Part shown: piece after piece, positions 18,177-28,255 of the stretch | How positions within the stretch are numbered: position 1 is the stretch's first letter | Layout: each line of letters starts with the position of its first letter | Assembly (NCBI RefSeq): GCF_025021925.1 | Contig: NZ_CP092368.1 | Location: forward strand, 390,001 to 422,000 | From: Candidatus Saccharimonadota bacterium | Lineage (GTDB): Bacteria; Pseudomonadota; Alphaproteobacteria; Rickettsiales; Anaplasmataceae | Direction: 5' to 3' | DNA length: 32,000 bases | Made by a program: the position numbers and the translations under genes | The notes under the pieces: model-generated | What the model was told of the DNA's origin: nothing | The model's database searches: none | What the model saw: the letters and a program-made list of their open reading frames with translations, nothing else

Positions 18177-19439
18177 TTACCAATCAACTTTCTTATCTTG
18201 TACTGTCATGTAATATAAAGAGGTCAGGCTCACTAATGTGCAAATTGCAAGATATATCCCTGCTGCAAATGTTGTTTTAGTTTTTTCAATCAAAAACATG
18301 CATATTGTAGGAGAGATCCCACCAACTATTCCTGCAGATATATTATGTGCTAAACTAAATCCAGTACATCTAACTTTTGTAGGGAATAATTCACATATAA
18401 GAGAATTATATATGCCAAAAGATGCTGCTATTGGTATACTCATTAATAGATAAGAACATGTTACTATATAATAGTTATTATATGATAACAAGAAAAATAT
18501 TGGTAAGCTATAACAAGCTAATACTACTAATATAGGTATCATAACCTGTTTTCTTCCTATTCTATCAGATAGAATTCCAAAGAATACTGCCAGACATCCA
18601 AATATAATTTCACTTATGATTCTTACTATGTTCTTAAAATTAATACCTGCAAGTACTACTTCTTCAACAGAAATATTGTAAAACATAATCACCGAATATA
18701 CAATAGCATTTTGTGCAATTCCAATACCTATTGCTATCATAAACCCCTTTTTGTATCTTTTCATTAACTCTACAAATGGAGTATGAACTAACTTGTCAAT
18801 ATTCTTGTATTTCTTATATGCAATACTCTCTCCCATAATATATCTTATGAAGAATCCTGTAATACCCATCACAGAGCAAAAATAAAATGGTATTCTCCAT
18901 CCCCATATTTCATAATTCATACCTGTATATTTTTTACAAATAGCAATCATCATAAAGCATGTAATTGCACCAAGAGCACCACTGAAAGGTTTAATACTTC
19001 CTAAAAAACCTAAATTCTTTTTATGATGTGAATGTTCTATTAAAAATGCCGCATTAATGCTAGTTTCTCCACCTGTTGATATTCCTTGTATAATTCTACA
19101 GATCAAAAATATCGTAGGGGATAAAATACCAATTTCTTTATAGCTAGGTATTATTCCAACTGTACTAGATGATATAGAGACAAGTAATACTGAGATTAGT
19201 AATACTTGTCTTCTCCCATATTTATCTCCCATATATCCAAAGATGAGTGCACCAAGTGGTCTAAAGCCAAATCCAATTGAAAAAGTACCAAGAAATTTTA
19301 TTATATTTAAATATTCACTAGGAGAGGAAAAAAAAATATTACTTATTATATGCATCAAAACTATAAAAAGCGTTAATTCATATGATGTCATCATATTACA
19401 GATAATACTGGATAATATTGCTTTCTGCATATCACTCAT
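18177..19439 (-). CDS. MFS transporter, ProP-like (proline/betaine-type osmolyte/metabolite:H+ symporter family)
   Basis: 420 aa with about 12 hydrophobic segments. The MFS loop 2-3 motif is GYMGDKYGRRQV and a second copy is LSDRIGRKQV. Its layout resembles the ProP-type paralogues common in Rickettsiales. The substrate cannot be inferred. Confidence 0.85.
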   Translation of the reverse strand: MSDMQKAILSSIICNMMTSYELTLFIVLMHIISNIFFSSPSEYLNIIKFLGTFSIGFGFRPLGALIFGYMGDKYGRRQVLLISVLLVSISSSTVGIIPSYKEIGILSPTIFLICRIIQGISTGGETSINAAFLIEHSHHKKNLGFLGSIKPFSGALGAITCFMMIAICKKYTGMNYEIWGWRIPFYFCSVMGITGFFIRYIMGESIAYKKYKNIDKLVHTPFVELMKRYKKGFMIAIGIGIAQNAIVYSVIMFYNISVEEVVLAGINFKNIVRIISEIIFGCLAVFFGILSDRIGRKQVMIPILVVLACYSLPIFFLLSYNNYYIVTCSYLLMSIPIAASFGIYNSLICELFPTKVRCTGFSLAHNISAGIVGGISPTICMFLIEKTKTTFAAGIYLAICTLVSLTSLYYMTVQDKKVDW

Positions 19440-19490
19440 GATTGAGTTATATCGTATAATATTTTAAGCTATATCTAAGCATTGAATTTA

Positions 19491-21284
19491 TTATGTTATC
19501 ACCTGTATTGATAATTCATTTAAGTATTTTTTCTCTATTTGAGATGGTGCTCCCATTAAAATATCTTCACCTTGCTGATTCATAGGAAAACATATTACTT
19601 CACGAATATTCTCTTCGTTAGCTAGCAACATCACTATTCTATCAATTCCTGGTGCTATACCTCCATGAGGAGGTACTCCAAATCTAAATGCACGTACTAA
19701 AACTTCAAATTTTTTATTTACTTCTTGATATGTATATCCTGCAATTGCAAATACTTTATATAGAATGTCTAATTTATTATTACGAATAGCACCACTCGAT
19801 AGTTCTATTCCATTACATACAAGATCATACTGATATGCAAGAATATTAATGGGATTACTTACTTCTAGACCTGATAGACCACCTTGTGGCATAGAAAATG
19901 GATTATGAAAAAAATCAATCTTATGATCTTTATACGTAAAATAAGGAAAATCAATAATCCAACAGAACTTAAAAACCTCATCACTTATAAGTCCTAATTC
20001 TCTTCCTAATATAGTTCTCAATTGCCCAGCAATGTGTGACACTTGATATTCATAATCAGAGATAAAAAATACACTATCTCCTAGTTGAATATTTGTGGCT
20101 TTTTTTATAAGATTTAATCTCTGTGTATCAAGATATTTAGCGATTGTACCTTTCGATCTTCCATGATGATCAAAAATGATGTATCCTAGACCTTTGGCAC
20201 CAAATTCTTTAGCATTTTTTATTTGCCTATCAAAGAAGCTACGAGGTGCTGTAGATGTATTTGGAGCAGGAATTGCTCTCACTAACATACCATGCTCAAT
20301 ATTTTTTCTAAAAATAGTGAATTCTGAATCACGAAAAATATCCGTGACGTCGCTAATTAACAGTGGATTTCGTAAATCTGGTTTATCGGAACCATATTTT
20401 AGGATGGAGTCTTTATATGTAATACGTGTAAAATTTTTCTCAATAGACTTACAAGAAAATTTAGTAAAAATTCGATATAATACATATTCAATAATATGAA
20501 AAATTTCTTCTTGTGTAACAAAAGACATTTCAATATCTAGTTGATAGAATTCACCAGGAGAACGATCTGCTCTTGCATCTTCATCACGAAAGCAAGGAGC
20601 AATTTGAAAATACTTATCAAATCCTGATACCATAAGTAGTTGCTTAAAAATTTGTGGAGCTTGAGGTAAAGCATAGAATTTGCCAGGATTGAGTCTACTT
20701 GGTACTAAATAATCACGCGCACCTTCTGGTGATGAAGCAGTAAGTATTGGGGTTTGAATTTCTAAAAAATCCTGTTCTATCAGACACTTTCTCAATTCTG
20801 TAATAATCTGTGAACGTAAGACAATATTTTTACGGGTTTTTTCTCTTCTTAAATCAAGAAATCTATATTTTAGTCTAATATTTTCACTATATTCTTGGTT
20901 ATGAGCAATAGTTGATAATATACTGTTTTCCATCTTTGCTATTTTCTGATCATCATGTAAGAGAATTTCTGATTCAATATGTAAGTTACTTACTATTACT
21001 TCAATTTCTCCTGTTACAAACTCTTTATTGATTGCATCTGTATGTCTAGCTTCAACTATGCCTGTCACAGTAATAACACTTTCTAACTTGAGATGTATAA
21101 TCTTATCAAAACACAACATGTCTTTATGAAAAACAAGCTGAGTAATTCCATAGTAATCTCTCAAATCAATAAAAATAAGATTTCCATGATTGCGTTTACG
21201 ATATAGCCATCCTGATAACATCACTTCTTTTTTTAGATCGCTTATACGCAACTCATGACATCTATGCGTTCTATAACAGTTCAT
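19491..21284 (-). CDS. aspS: Aspartyl-tRNA synthetase (class IIb)
   Basis: 597 aa. N-terminal OB fold ([19 protein letters not shown]), motif 1 region, [14 protein letters not shown]-like [24 protein letters not shown], and motif 3 [13 protein letters not shown]. Confidence 0.97.
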   Translation of the reverse strand: MNCYRTHRCHELRISDLKKEVMLSGWLYRKRNHGNLIFIDLRDYYGITQLVFHKDMLCFDKIIHLKLESVITVTGIVEARHTDAINKEFVTGEIEVIVSNLHIESEILLHDDQKIAKMENSILSTIAHNQEYSENIRLKYRFLDLRREKTRKNIVLRSQIITELRKCLIEQDFLEIQTPILTASSPEGARDYLVPSRLNPGKFYALPQAPQIFKQLLMVSGFDKYFQIAPCFRDEDARADRSPGEFYQLDIEMSFVTQEEIFHIIEYVLYRIFTKFSCKSIEKNFTRITYKDSILKYGSDKPDLRNPLLISDVTDIFRDSEFTIFRKNIEHGMLVRAIPAPNTSTAPRSFFDRQIKNAKEFGAKGLGYIIFDHHGRSKGTIAKYLDTQRLNLIKKATNIQLGDSVFFISDYEYQVSHIAGQLRTILGRELGLISDEVFKFCWIIDFPYFTYKDHKIDFFHNPFSMPQGGLSGLEVSNPINILAYQYDLVCNGIELSSGAIRNNKLDILYKVFAIAGYTYQEVNKKFEVLVRAFRFGVPPHGGIAPGIDRIVMLLANEENIREVICFPMNQQGEDILMGAPSQIEKKYLNELSIQVIT

Positions 21285-21691
21285 AGTGATATATTTCTTA
21301 GGTGTCTAGCAGTATAGAAATAAATATTATATGTAACAAGATTTATTTCGATAGTCATAATATCTAATCACATTACATCAAAAATATTGAATAGATTAAT
21401 TGATTGAGATTATTTTAATTGAACATCAAGTATATTGAATCACATTCTTCACTGAAGACTATTAAAATCTTTTGCGAGACAAGATGCGATAGAAAAATGT
21501 AAAAAATATGAAATATGTTAATGGATATCTTCTTATATTGAGCATATGATGCAAGACAGATTATTATTTTAATAATGTACTCAATCAAATTTAAATTTTT
21601 AAAAAAATTTCTTAATATTGATTAAATCAACAATTAATATAATATATATATAAACTAATTTATTTATTACTCCTTAGTTAGATCATGTTAA

Positions 21692-22297
21692 ATGCTTGAA
21701 TGTGATAATTTATCCTGTGTGCGGAACAATAAAGTGTTATTCAAAGATCTGAGTTTTCATGCTACACTCAGTTCTAAGATTCTCATTACTGGTCCTAATG
21801 GCAGTGGCAAAACAAGCTTAATGAGAAGTTTATCTGGATTATTACAGCCTGCATCAGGGAAGATAACATATATGGGATATGATATATATGAAGATCAATT
21901 ACTATATAAGTCTTCAATGATATATGTAGGACACAAAAATGGATGTGATCTCAGCTTAACTGTTGCGCAAAATATAGAATATTGGGCATACATACGAAAT
22001 ACTAGAAAATTTATTATGAGAGCTATTTCTTATTTACAGTTACAGCCAATCCTTAATATCAGATATGATAATTTATCTGTAGGTTGGCAAAGGAGAGTAG
22101 CAATTGCAAGGTTATTGATTTCTAATGCAAAGATTTGGTTAATAGATGAACCATTTTGTAATCTTGATAGCATCACATATGCATTAGTTTTTAATTTAAT
22201 TTTAATGCATGCCAAGAAGCATGGCATTGTTATTATTACAGGACATCAGATTACAAATTTCTCTGACTTTCACATCATCATGCTCTCTGAATTATAA
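21692..22297 (+). CDS. ccmA: Cytochrome c maturation heme exporter ATP-binding protein CcmA
   Basis: 201 aa, a short ABC ATPase. Walker A GPNGSGKTS, signature LSVGWQRR (the CcmA-typical variant), Walker B WLIDEP. Confidence 0.88.
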   Translation: MLECDNLSCVRNNKVLFKDLSFHATLSSKILITGPNGSGKTSLMRSLSGLLQPASGKITYMGYDIYEDQLLYKSSMIYVGHKNGCDLSLTVAQNIEYWAYIRNTRKFIMRAISYLQLQPILNIRYDNLSVGWQRRVAIARLLISNAKIWLIDEPFCNLDSITYALVFNLILMHAKKHGIVIITGHQITNFSDFHIIMLSEL

Positions 22298-22613
22298 AAG
22301 ATTTGTTTATAGTAAATTAAATATTAATAATATCTCTTCAAATAAATATATTACATTCAGTAAATAAAAAAATACTAAAAAAGTATTAGTCGGTTAAGAT
22401 GAAAAAGATAAGATAAATATTATTAACCAATGTATCAACCAATTATTCTTTTTTAAGATCACATACTATCATTTTTCACTGTACAATGATTCTTTCTGAA
22501 TCTATTAGACATTATATTATAACATATACTCTTAAGCAGATTATCAAGTAAATACAGAATAACCAATAATATTAAGTATGTTATATATCTGTATTAAAAT
22601 CTCAATATTATCA

Positions 22614-24077
22614 TTATAATACTAGTTTTTGTACTACTAAAAGTATGGCATTGCTATAAATTCCAGTGATCACAGTCAGTATTGTCATAAATGATACACA
22701 TATCACCATAGGTAATGGTAAACTGTCACATTCTCCATATTTTTCTATATTTGATTGCAATTTGATATTTTGTTCAAAGTATATTTTTTCTATCATGTTC
22801 CAGACATATATCACTGTCAGAAAAGATACAAGAGAAAACATGATTAATACAATCCATGCACGATATTCTATCATGACTTGCATTATATACCATTTACTGA
22901 CAAAACCATTAGTAAATGGTATACCTGTTAATGATAAACTGAGTATAGTCAATAAAATTGTTGTATAAGGCATAGAGCGCTTTAGATTTGATAGGCTATA
23001 TAGATTTGTAGTGTTAAATTTATATGCAATACATCCAGCAAACATAAATAAAGAGATTTTGCTGATACTATGATTGATTATATGAAGTATAGCAATATGT
23101 AGAGCTAATTGTGAGTTAAAACTCAGTAATAAAATTATACAATTAATATGAGTGACACTAGAATAAGCAAGAAGTCTTTTAATATCTTGTGATCTGATTG
23201 CTGACATAGAATTAAAAATCATCCCAAACACTGTAAGGAGCATAATCATTGTATTAAATGATGATGAAAAGAAGTTCTGATTGGAAATAGTATAAAACAT
23301 TCTAATAAAAATATAAATCATCACTTTAGTGACTGTTCCTGAGAAGAATATACTAATAAAACTTGGTGATAAAGAATATGCATTCACAAGCCATCTACTT
23401 AATGGAAATAGCCCCATCTTAATTGAAAGACCAATAAAAATAAATACTTTCCCAAGTACTATAATATGATGATCATACAGTGATACTAACATTTTAGACA
23501 TATCAGATATATTAAGCGTACCTGTAATTGCGTATAAAAGTCCTATACCAAATAGATAAAATGTCGCACCTATAGTACCACTTATTAAGTATTCAAATGA
23601 TGCAATAAGGGCATTCTTATCTCTACTCATCGATACTAATACATATGAAGAGATAGAAACGATTTCTAAGAAGACGTATAAATTAAATATATCATTTGTT
23701 ACTAAAATTCCTATTAATCCACTCACACATAGCAAGCACAAAGAATAAAAACCAGTAATTTTATTACTACTAATTTCTTGTTCATTTATATAGTATCCAT
23801 ATAGTAAGCTCATTAATACTGTAAAATTGACTACAATTAACATTAATGCATTCAGCATATCTATTCTTAACTCTATACCATAAGGAGGCAACCAATTACC
23901 AATATGATAAGTAATAATTTGTCCTGTATATATTTTCGCAAGTAATATGCAAGAAATACTGAAAGTTGCTATTGTAGATATCAGAGCAATACACCAAGAC
24001 GTTTGGTGTTTCTTGGTTAGAAAACAACACATAGATGCAATGATTGGTATAATCACTTGTAATATTGTTAAATGCAT
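22614..24077 (-). CDS. mrpD: Mrp/Mnh-type cation:proton antiporter subunit D (NuoL/M/N-related antiporter-like subunit)
   Basis: 487 aa with about 14 hydrophobic segments. GNWLPPYGIELRIDMLNALMLIV and NLYVFLEIVSISSYVLVS resemble MrpD/MnhD more than NuoN. No other mrp or nuo membrane subunit is adjacent. Confidence 0.8.
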   Translation of the reverse strand: MHLTILQVIIPIIASMCCFLTKKHQTSWCIALISTIATFSISCILLAKIYTGQIITYHIGNWLPPYGIELRIDMLNALMLIVVNFTVLMSLLYGYYINEQEISSNKITGFYSLCLLCVSGLIGILVTNDIFNLYVFLEIVSISSYVLVSMSRDKNALIASFEYLISGTIGATFYLFGIGLLYAITGTLNISDMSKMLVSLYDHHIIVLGKVFIFIGLSIKMGLFPLSRWLVNAYSLSPSFISIFFSGTVTKVMIYIFIRMFYTISNQNFFSSSFNTMIMLLTVFGMIFNSMSAIRSQDIKRLLAYSSVTHINCIILLLSFNSQLALHIAILHIINHSISKISLFMFAGCIAYKFNTTNLYSLSNLKRSMPYTTILLTILSLSLTGIPFTNGFVSKWYIMQVMIEYRAWIVLIMFSLVSFLTVIYVWNMIEKIYFEQNIKLQSNIEKYGECDSLPLPMVICVSFMTILTVITGIYSNAILLVVQKLVL

Positions 24078-24147
24078 TAAATTGAATTTTTAGATTGTAT
24101 ATTAAAGTATGATATATAATACTTTAATATATTAGTAATTAAAATTT

Positions 24148-24486
24148 ATGATATCTAAGATATTTAACTCAATAAAATTGATGTTTTATACAGTAGATAA
24201 ACTAGTAGGGACAGATAAAAATCATAATTCCTACTATGAATCTCGTACAGGAAAAAGGCGAGTAGTATATCATGCCAAAGTTGATCCTACAACAATTGCT
24301 CCGGAATGGCATACATGGATTCATTATACTGATAATTTTATTCCTTCTCAGAATAGTGGTATTGTCATGAAAGCGGATCATAATACACATATCAATCATA
24401 CATTAGCACACCTCTCTCAGATCAATCAGACAGTACACTCTTACTATCAAAGTTGGATACCAAATCACCTAAAGAAAGATGAATAG
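24148..24486 (+). CDS. NADH:ubiquinone oxidoreductase subunit NDUFA12 (B17.2) family protein
   Basis: 112 aa. GTDKNHNSYYESRTGKRRVVY and the PEWHTWIHYTDN core match the NDUFA12 family signature (W-H-x-W-L/I-H). Confidence 0.82.
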   Translation: MISKIFNSIKLMFYTVDKLVGTDKNHNSYYESRTGKRRVVYHAKVDPTTIAPEWHTWIHYTDNFIPSQNSGIVMKADHNTHINHTLAHLSQINQTVHSYYQSWIPNHLKKDE

Positions 24487-24604
24487 TGAGCTTGAGATAA
24501 TGTTAGCTCTATGTATTTATATCAAGTAACCTGCTATTGCAATATTCAAGCTCTCAAAAAGTTATATATAATCTCCTTTATAGATATTAAAATCATTATA
24601 TTAT

Positions 24605-25366
24605 TCAATATCGCATATTAATTTCTCTTTTGATTTTATACATATTGATTAAATAAAGAGAATATAATATCCAGACTACTAAGAAAAATGTTATATAAAA
24701 CATAAACATGATAATCAATGGAATTAATAAAGACCCCTGTATTGCTATACCATCCTGCCTAATGATACTACTAGATTGATGAAGAGTAGACCATAAATTG
24801 ACAGAAAATTTTGTTATAGGGATATTAATTGCACTAAAAATATTAAATACTGCAGCAGATTTTTCTGCTCTTAAATCGTTATTAAATGCATTCCATAATG
24901 CTAGATATCCAATATACATAAAAAATAAAATCAGCATAGAGGTAAGTCTTGCATCCCATACCCACCAAGTACCCCAAGTACCTTTTCCCCATATGCTACC
25001 TGTAATTAAACATATTGCAGAGAAAAATGTTCCTGCGGGAGCAGCTGCATGTGCTAAAATACTTGCAATACTATTATGCCATACTAATGTCATCAAACTG
25101 AATATTGCCATCAGTCCGTATATTATAAGAGCAAGCCATGCAGAAGGAACATGTAGATACATAATTTTGACAATATCCCCTTGTTTGTAATCTTCCGGAG
25201 AAAAAAATAAAGATGATATCATTCCTATGATAAATAGAAGAATACAAATAGTACTACACCATGGTAGAATATTGCGAAATAATAACGATATATATATAGG
25301 CTTGAATAAATTCATATTTCTAAAAAAAGCAAATGTTAGTGTATCAATGAGTTGACATTTGATCAA
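24605..25366 (-). CDS. ccmC: Cytochrome c maturation heme exporter/heme lyase component CcmC
   Basis: Trp-rich motif WGKGTWGTWWVWDARLTS and the conserved YLHVPSAW histidine region. The likely true start is the internal Met at 25315 (MNLFKPIYI...), giving 236 aa. The ORF-track maximum is 253 aa. Confidence 0.93.
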   Translation of the reverse strand: MIKCQLIDTLTFAFFRNMNLFKPIYISLLFRNILPWCSTICILLFIIGMISSLFFSPEDYKQGDIVKIMYLHVPSAWLALIIYGLMAIFSLMTLVWHNSIASILAHAAAPAGTFFSAICLITGSIWGKGTWGTWWVWDARLTSMLILFFMYIGYLALWNAFNNDLRAEKSAAVFNIFSAINIPITKFSVNLWSTLHQSSSIIRQDGIAIQGSLLIPLIIMFMFYITFFLVVWILYSLYLINMYKIKREINMRY

Positions 25367-25451
25367 TAGAATACTTATATGTTATAGTATTGTAAAAGAA
25401 TAAGCAGTGTATAAACTGTTTTACATAACATCACACTATGTACTATAGTAT

Positions 25452-26270
25452 ATGATATCCAAAAAGCTTAATTTACATTTAGTATCAGATTCAAGTGGAG
25501 AAACTGTTATTTCAGTTGCAAAATCTGCTTTAAAGCATTTTAGCTCTGTAGAGACTACAGATTATCTTTGGTCTTTTATCAACAGCAAAGAACAGATTAA
25601 GAAAATTTTGCAAGTAATGAATCAAAAAAATCACGAGCATAATTTTGTTATATGTACTATTACTGATGATGCATTAAGACAATATCTTAAAGAACATTGT
25701 ATAGAATTAAAAATTCCCTATAGAGCAATATTATCACATATTATTAAAGAAATTTCAACCTATCTTGAAATAGAGAAAGATCATAAGTTGGATTTATATA
25801 CTGAAATAAATAATGGATATTTTCAACGTATTGATGCAATTAATTTTTCTATCAATCATGATGATGGTCAAAATATTCAAGATATTAATACAGCAGATAT
25901 AATATTAGTTGGAGTCTCTAGGACTTCTAAATCTCCAACTAGTACTTACTTAGCTTATCGAGGATATAAAGTTGCTAATATTCCTATTATCATAGAATCT
26001 CCTGTATATGTTGATTTCTCAAAACTATCTTCTCAATTAGTTATAGGGTTAACAATAGATGTACATAGACTAATAGAAATTCGTAAACATAGATTAATAT
26101 CTATGAAGAATGAAAATAACAATTCATATGCAAATTACTATAAAGTAAAAATGGAAGTAATAAAAGCAGAAGAGATATTTAAAATATATAATTGGCACGT
26201 AATTGATGTGACACAAAAATCAATAGAAGAAGTTTCATCAAACATTATACAGTATTTTAATACAAAATGA
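25452..26270 (+). CDS. Pyruvate, phosphate dikinase regulatory protein (bifunctional kinase/pyrophosphorylase, DUF299/PSRP family)
   Basis: 272 aa. [11 protein letters not shown] near the N-terminus and the P-loop-like region [28 protein letters not shown] are hallmark motifs of the family. Confidence 0.9.
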   Translation: MISKKLNLHLVSDSSGETVISVAKSALKHFSSVETTDYLWSFINSKEQIKKILQVMNQKNHEHNFVICTITDDALRQYLKEHCIELKIPYRAILSHIIKEISTYLEIEKDHKLDLYTEINNGYFQRIDAINFSINHDDGQNIQDINTADIILVGVSRTSKSPTSTYLAYRGYKVANIPIIIESPVYVDFSKLSSQLVIGLTIDVHRLIEIRKHRLISMKNENNNSYANYYKVKMEVIKAEEIFKIYNWHVIDVTQKSIEEVSSNIIQYFNTK

Positions 26271-26339
26271 TCATTTTATTTCTTGACTCATGCTTGATAG
26301 ATAATAATAATCTATATTATTATCACTTCCATCATCAAT

Positions 26340-26468
26340 ATGAAGGTTAAAAGTTCGTTAAAATCACATCGCATGAGAGATAAAAACTGTAAAGTTGTAA
26401 ATAGGGAAGGTAGAATATATATTATAAATAAAGTAAAGCCTAGATGTAAAGTACGTCAAGGACGTTAG
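26340..26468 (+). CDS. rpmJ: 50S ribosomal protein L36
   Basis: Found by hand because it is below the ORF-track cut-off. ATG 26340 to TAG 26466-26468 gives [42 protein letters not shown] (42 aa). This is the long alphaproteobacterial-type L36 pattern (MKV.SSLKS...R.G..Y.INK..PR.K.RQG). Confidence 0.9.
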   Translation: MKVKSSLKSHRMRDKNCKVVNREGRIYIINKVKPRCKVRQGR

Positions 26469-26547
26469 AATTTTTTATCATATGATACTTAAGCATGCTG
26501 AATTTTTCACTGACATTTTGGTAAAATATAGCCTTGTATTAACATTA

Positions 26548-27552
26548 CTAAGTATTATATATTCCTTTTGAAGTTGAATACTGAAAAGAGAATGGAGGTT
26601 TGTGAATTACTTGATGTATATTATAACAAGTAATAGCACTTTCTGCAAAGCCACTTAAAATCAATTTCAGTTTTCCTGAATAGGTTGCTATATCCCCTAT
26701 TGCATATATTCTTTCTTTACTAGTTTGCATTGTAGTAGAGTTAACAACTATACGACTATTTTCTAATAAAATACCCCAATTATGTATTGGTCCTAGATTA
26801 TTCGATAATCCAAAAAATGGCAATAATAAATCAGCTGATATCTTGATTTCTTCTTGAGTCAAAATATTCTTGACTATGACTAAGTGTAGTATTCCATTAT
26901 TTCCAACTAACTTAGATAATTGATAGGGAATCATGAGTTCTATTTTACCATTGCTGTTGAGCATTTCTATTTTTTTTCTAGTCTCTGGAGTACAACTGAA
27001 TTTGTGTCTTCTATGTATCATGTAAATCTTTTTTGCAACTTGAGATAGTTCTACTGTCCAATCAGCAGCAGAATCACCTCCTCCTGATACTACTATAGTT
27101 TTATCTTGAAAATCAGAAATATTATTCACACTATAAAAAATAGATTTATTTTCATATTCTGATATTCCTGCTAATGGTGGACGATTAGGTTCAAAAATGC
27201 CCTTACCTGCAGCAATGACAATGGCTTTACATGTTATATGTATATTCTTGCTAGTGATAATAGTAAAACTATCATGATTATTAGATGAAATCTGTTCTAC
27301 TTTTTGATTTAAATGATATGTAGGATGAAATGGAGAGGCTTGTTCTATTAATCTCTTAATAAGATTTTGAGCTGTAATTACAGGATAACCTGGTATATCA
27401 TATATTGGCTTTTCTGGATAAAGAGCGGTACATTGTCCTCCGACCTGCTTTAAAATATCTATGATATGACATTTCATATTCAGCATTCCAGCTTGAAAAG
27501 CTGTAAATATTCCAACAGGTCCTGCACCTATTATTGCGATATCTGTATTCAT
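26548..27552 (-). CDS. Ferredoxin-NADP+ reductase, thioredoxin-reductase-like type
   Basis: 334 aa. FAD-binding IIGAGPVGIF, GGQCTALYPEKPIYDIPGYP, NADPH-binding VSGGGDSAADW and C-terminal AIGDIA. It lacks the CxxC redox pair of true TrxB, which fits the TrxR-like FNR class. Confidence 0.88.
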   Translation of the reverse strand: MNTDIAIIGAGPVGIFTAFQAGMLNMKCHIIDILKQVGGQCTALYPEKPIYDIPGYPVITAQNLIKRLIEQASPFHPTYHLNQKVEQISSNNHDSFTIITSKNIHITCKAIVIAAGKGIFEPNRPPLAGISEYENKSIFYSVNNISDFQDKTIVVSGGGDSAADWTVELSQVAKKIYMIHRRHKFSCTPETRKKIEMLNSNGKIELMIPYQLSKLVGNNGILHLVIVKNILTQEEIKISADLLLPFFGLSNNLGPIHNWGILLENSRIVVNSTTMQTSKERIYAIGDIATYSGKLKLILSGFAESAITCYNIHQVIHKPPFSFQYSTSKGIYNT

Positions 27553-28255
27553 ATATAATAGATGTTATGATGTGTATAATATTAATTGACTTTATTGATA
27601 ACGTCAATGAGATTACATTTTGTAAAATATTTCTTGCTATATGCAGTAATGAATATTACAGTATATCATACTGCGTGTGTGATGATTTAAAAAAAATATT
27701 TTACTATAAATAAATGATTAAATCATGCATTACATTGTGAAATTAACTTCTTTGATATGACGAATATTTTTTGATTGACATTTATAGATGATATAGATTT
27801 CCTAAATGATATTCATAATAAACTAAAAAAGATTGTAAAGCACGCACAATCTATGGAGCAGTTTACCAACAAGATATAAATATTTAAGATGCAAATACAT
27901 TGTCAGTATGATGATATTAATATAATATGCATGAGACTATTTTGACAGAAATTCTAAATAGAGAGTACTAAATATAAGTATTCGCGTCGCTATTATTACA
28001 AGAGCTATAATTATACACAATACTCTCTATTGCATGCACAACATAATATGATTATTTACTGAATGCTTTCTATGGATATATTGATGAGATGTACTTTTAT
28101 ATAAAGTCACTGACAATAGGCCTAGTGCAATACATTTATTCTCTAATTATCATATAATATGAACATAGCAATTACTCAAAGTGTTGTTATACTATAAATT
28201 AGTATAATGAAATGTCATTGAACACCAATTTAACTCATAATTATCTTTTAAATAC

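Noticed and set aside
17938-18183. 81-aa minus-strand ORF in the track
   Set aside because: It runs straight across the tRNA-Ser(GGA) gene (17975-18063) on the opposite strand, and the relatively GC-rich tRNA sequence keeps the frame open. It is spurious.
20176-20499. 107-aa plus-strand ORF antisense to aspS
   Set aside because: It is a shadow ORF inside aspS with no supporting features.
21366-21446. Short direct repeats in the 407-bp aspS-ccmA spacer: AATCACATT x2, ATATTGAAT x2 and TTAATTGA x2
   Set aside because: One to two repeated 8-9-mers in a 400-bp AT-rich segment are expected by chance. Their order is permuted between copies, and there is no consistent spacing or palindromic symmetry.
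24488-24553. 8-bp inverted repeat GAGCTTGA ... TCAAGCTC between the convergent NDUFA12 and ccmC genes, a possible bidirectional terminator
   Set aside because: The loop of about 50 nt is too long, the stem is short, and there is no flanking T-run on either strand.
24798-25190. 130-aa plus-strand ORF antisense to ccmC, the longest unexplained ORF in the track
   Set aside because: It lies entirely inside the well-supported ccmC gene and its sequence is low-complexity with no motif. The Trp-rich (TGG-rich) ccmC sequence depletes stops on the opposite strand. My rough estimate gives about one open frame of this length per window by chance.
26300-26324. 10-bp inverted repeat GATAATAATA-atcta-TATTATTATC, 15 nt upstream of rpmJ
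   Set aside because: It is pure A/T apart from the terminal G:C pair. I estimate several 10-bp perfect inverted repeats per 32 kb by chance at this composition. It is not followed by a T-run, so it is not a convincing terminator for the upstream gene.
27957-28031. 11-bp inverted repeat AATAGAGAGTA ... TACTCTCTATT with a 53-nt loop in the long FNR gene-ubiD spacer
   Set aside because: About one such repeat is expected by chance in a 700-bp AT-rich region, and the long loop makes a stable structure unlikely.
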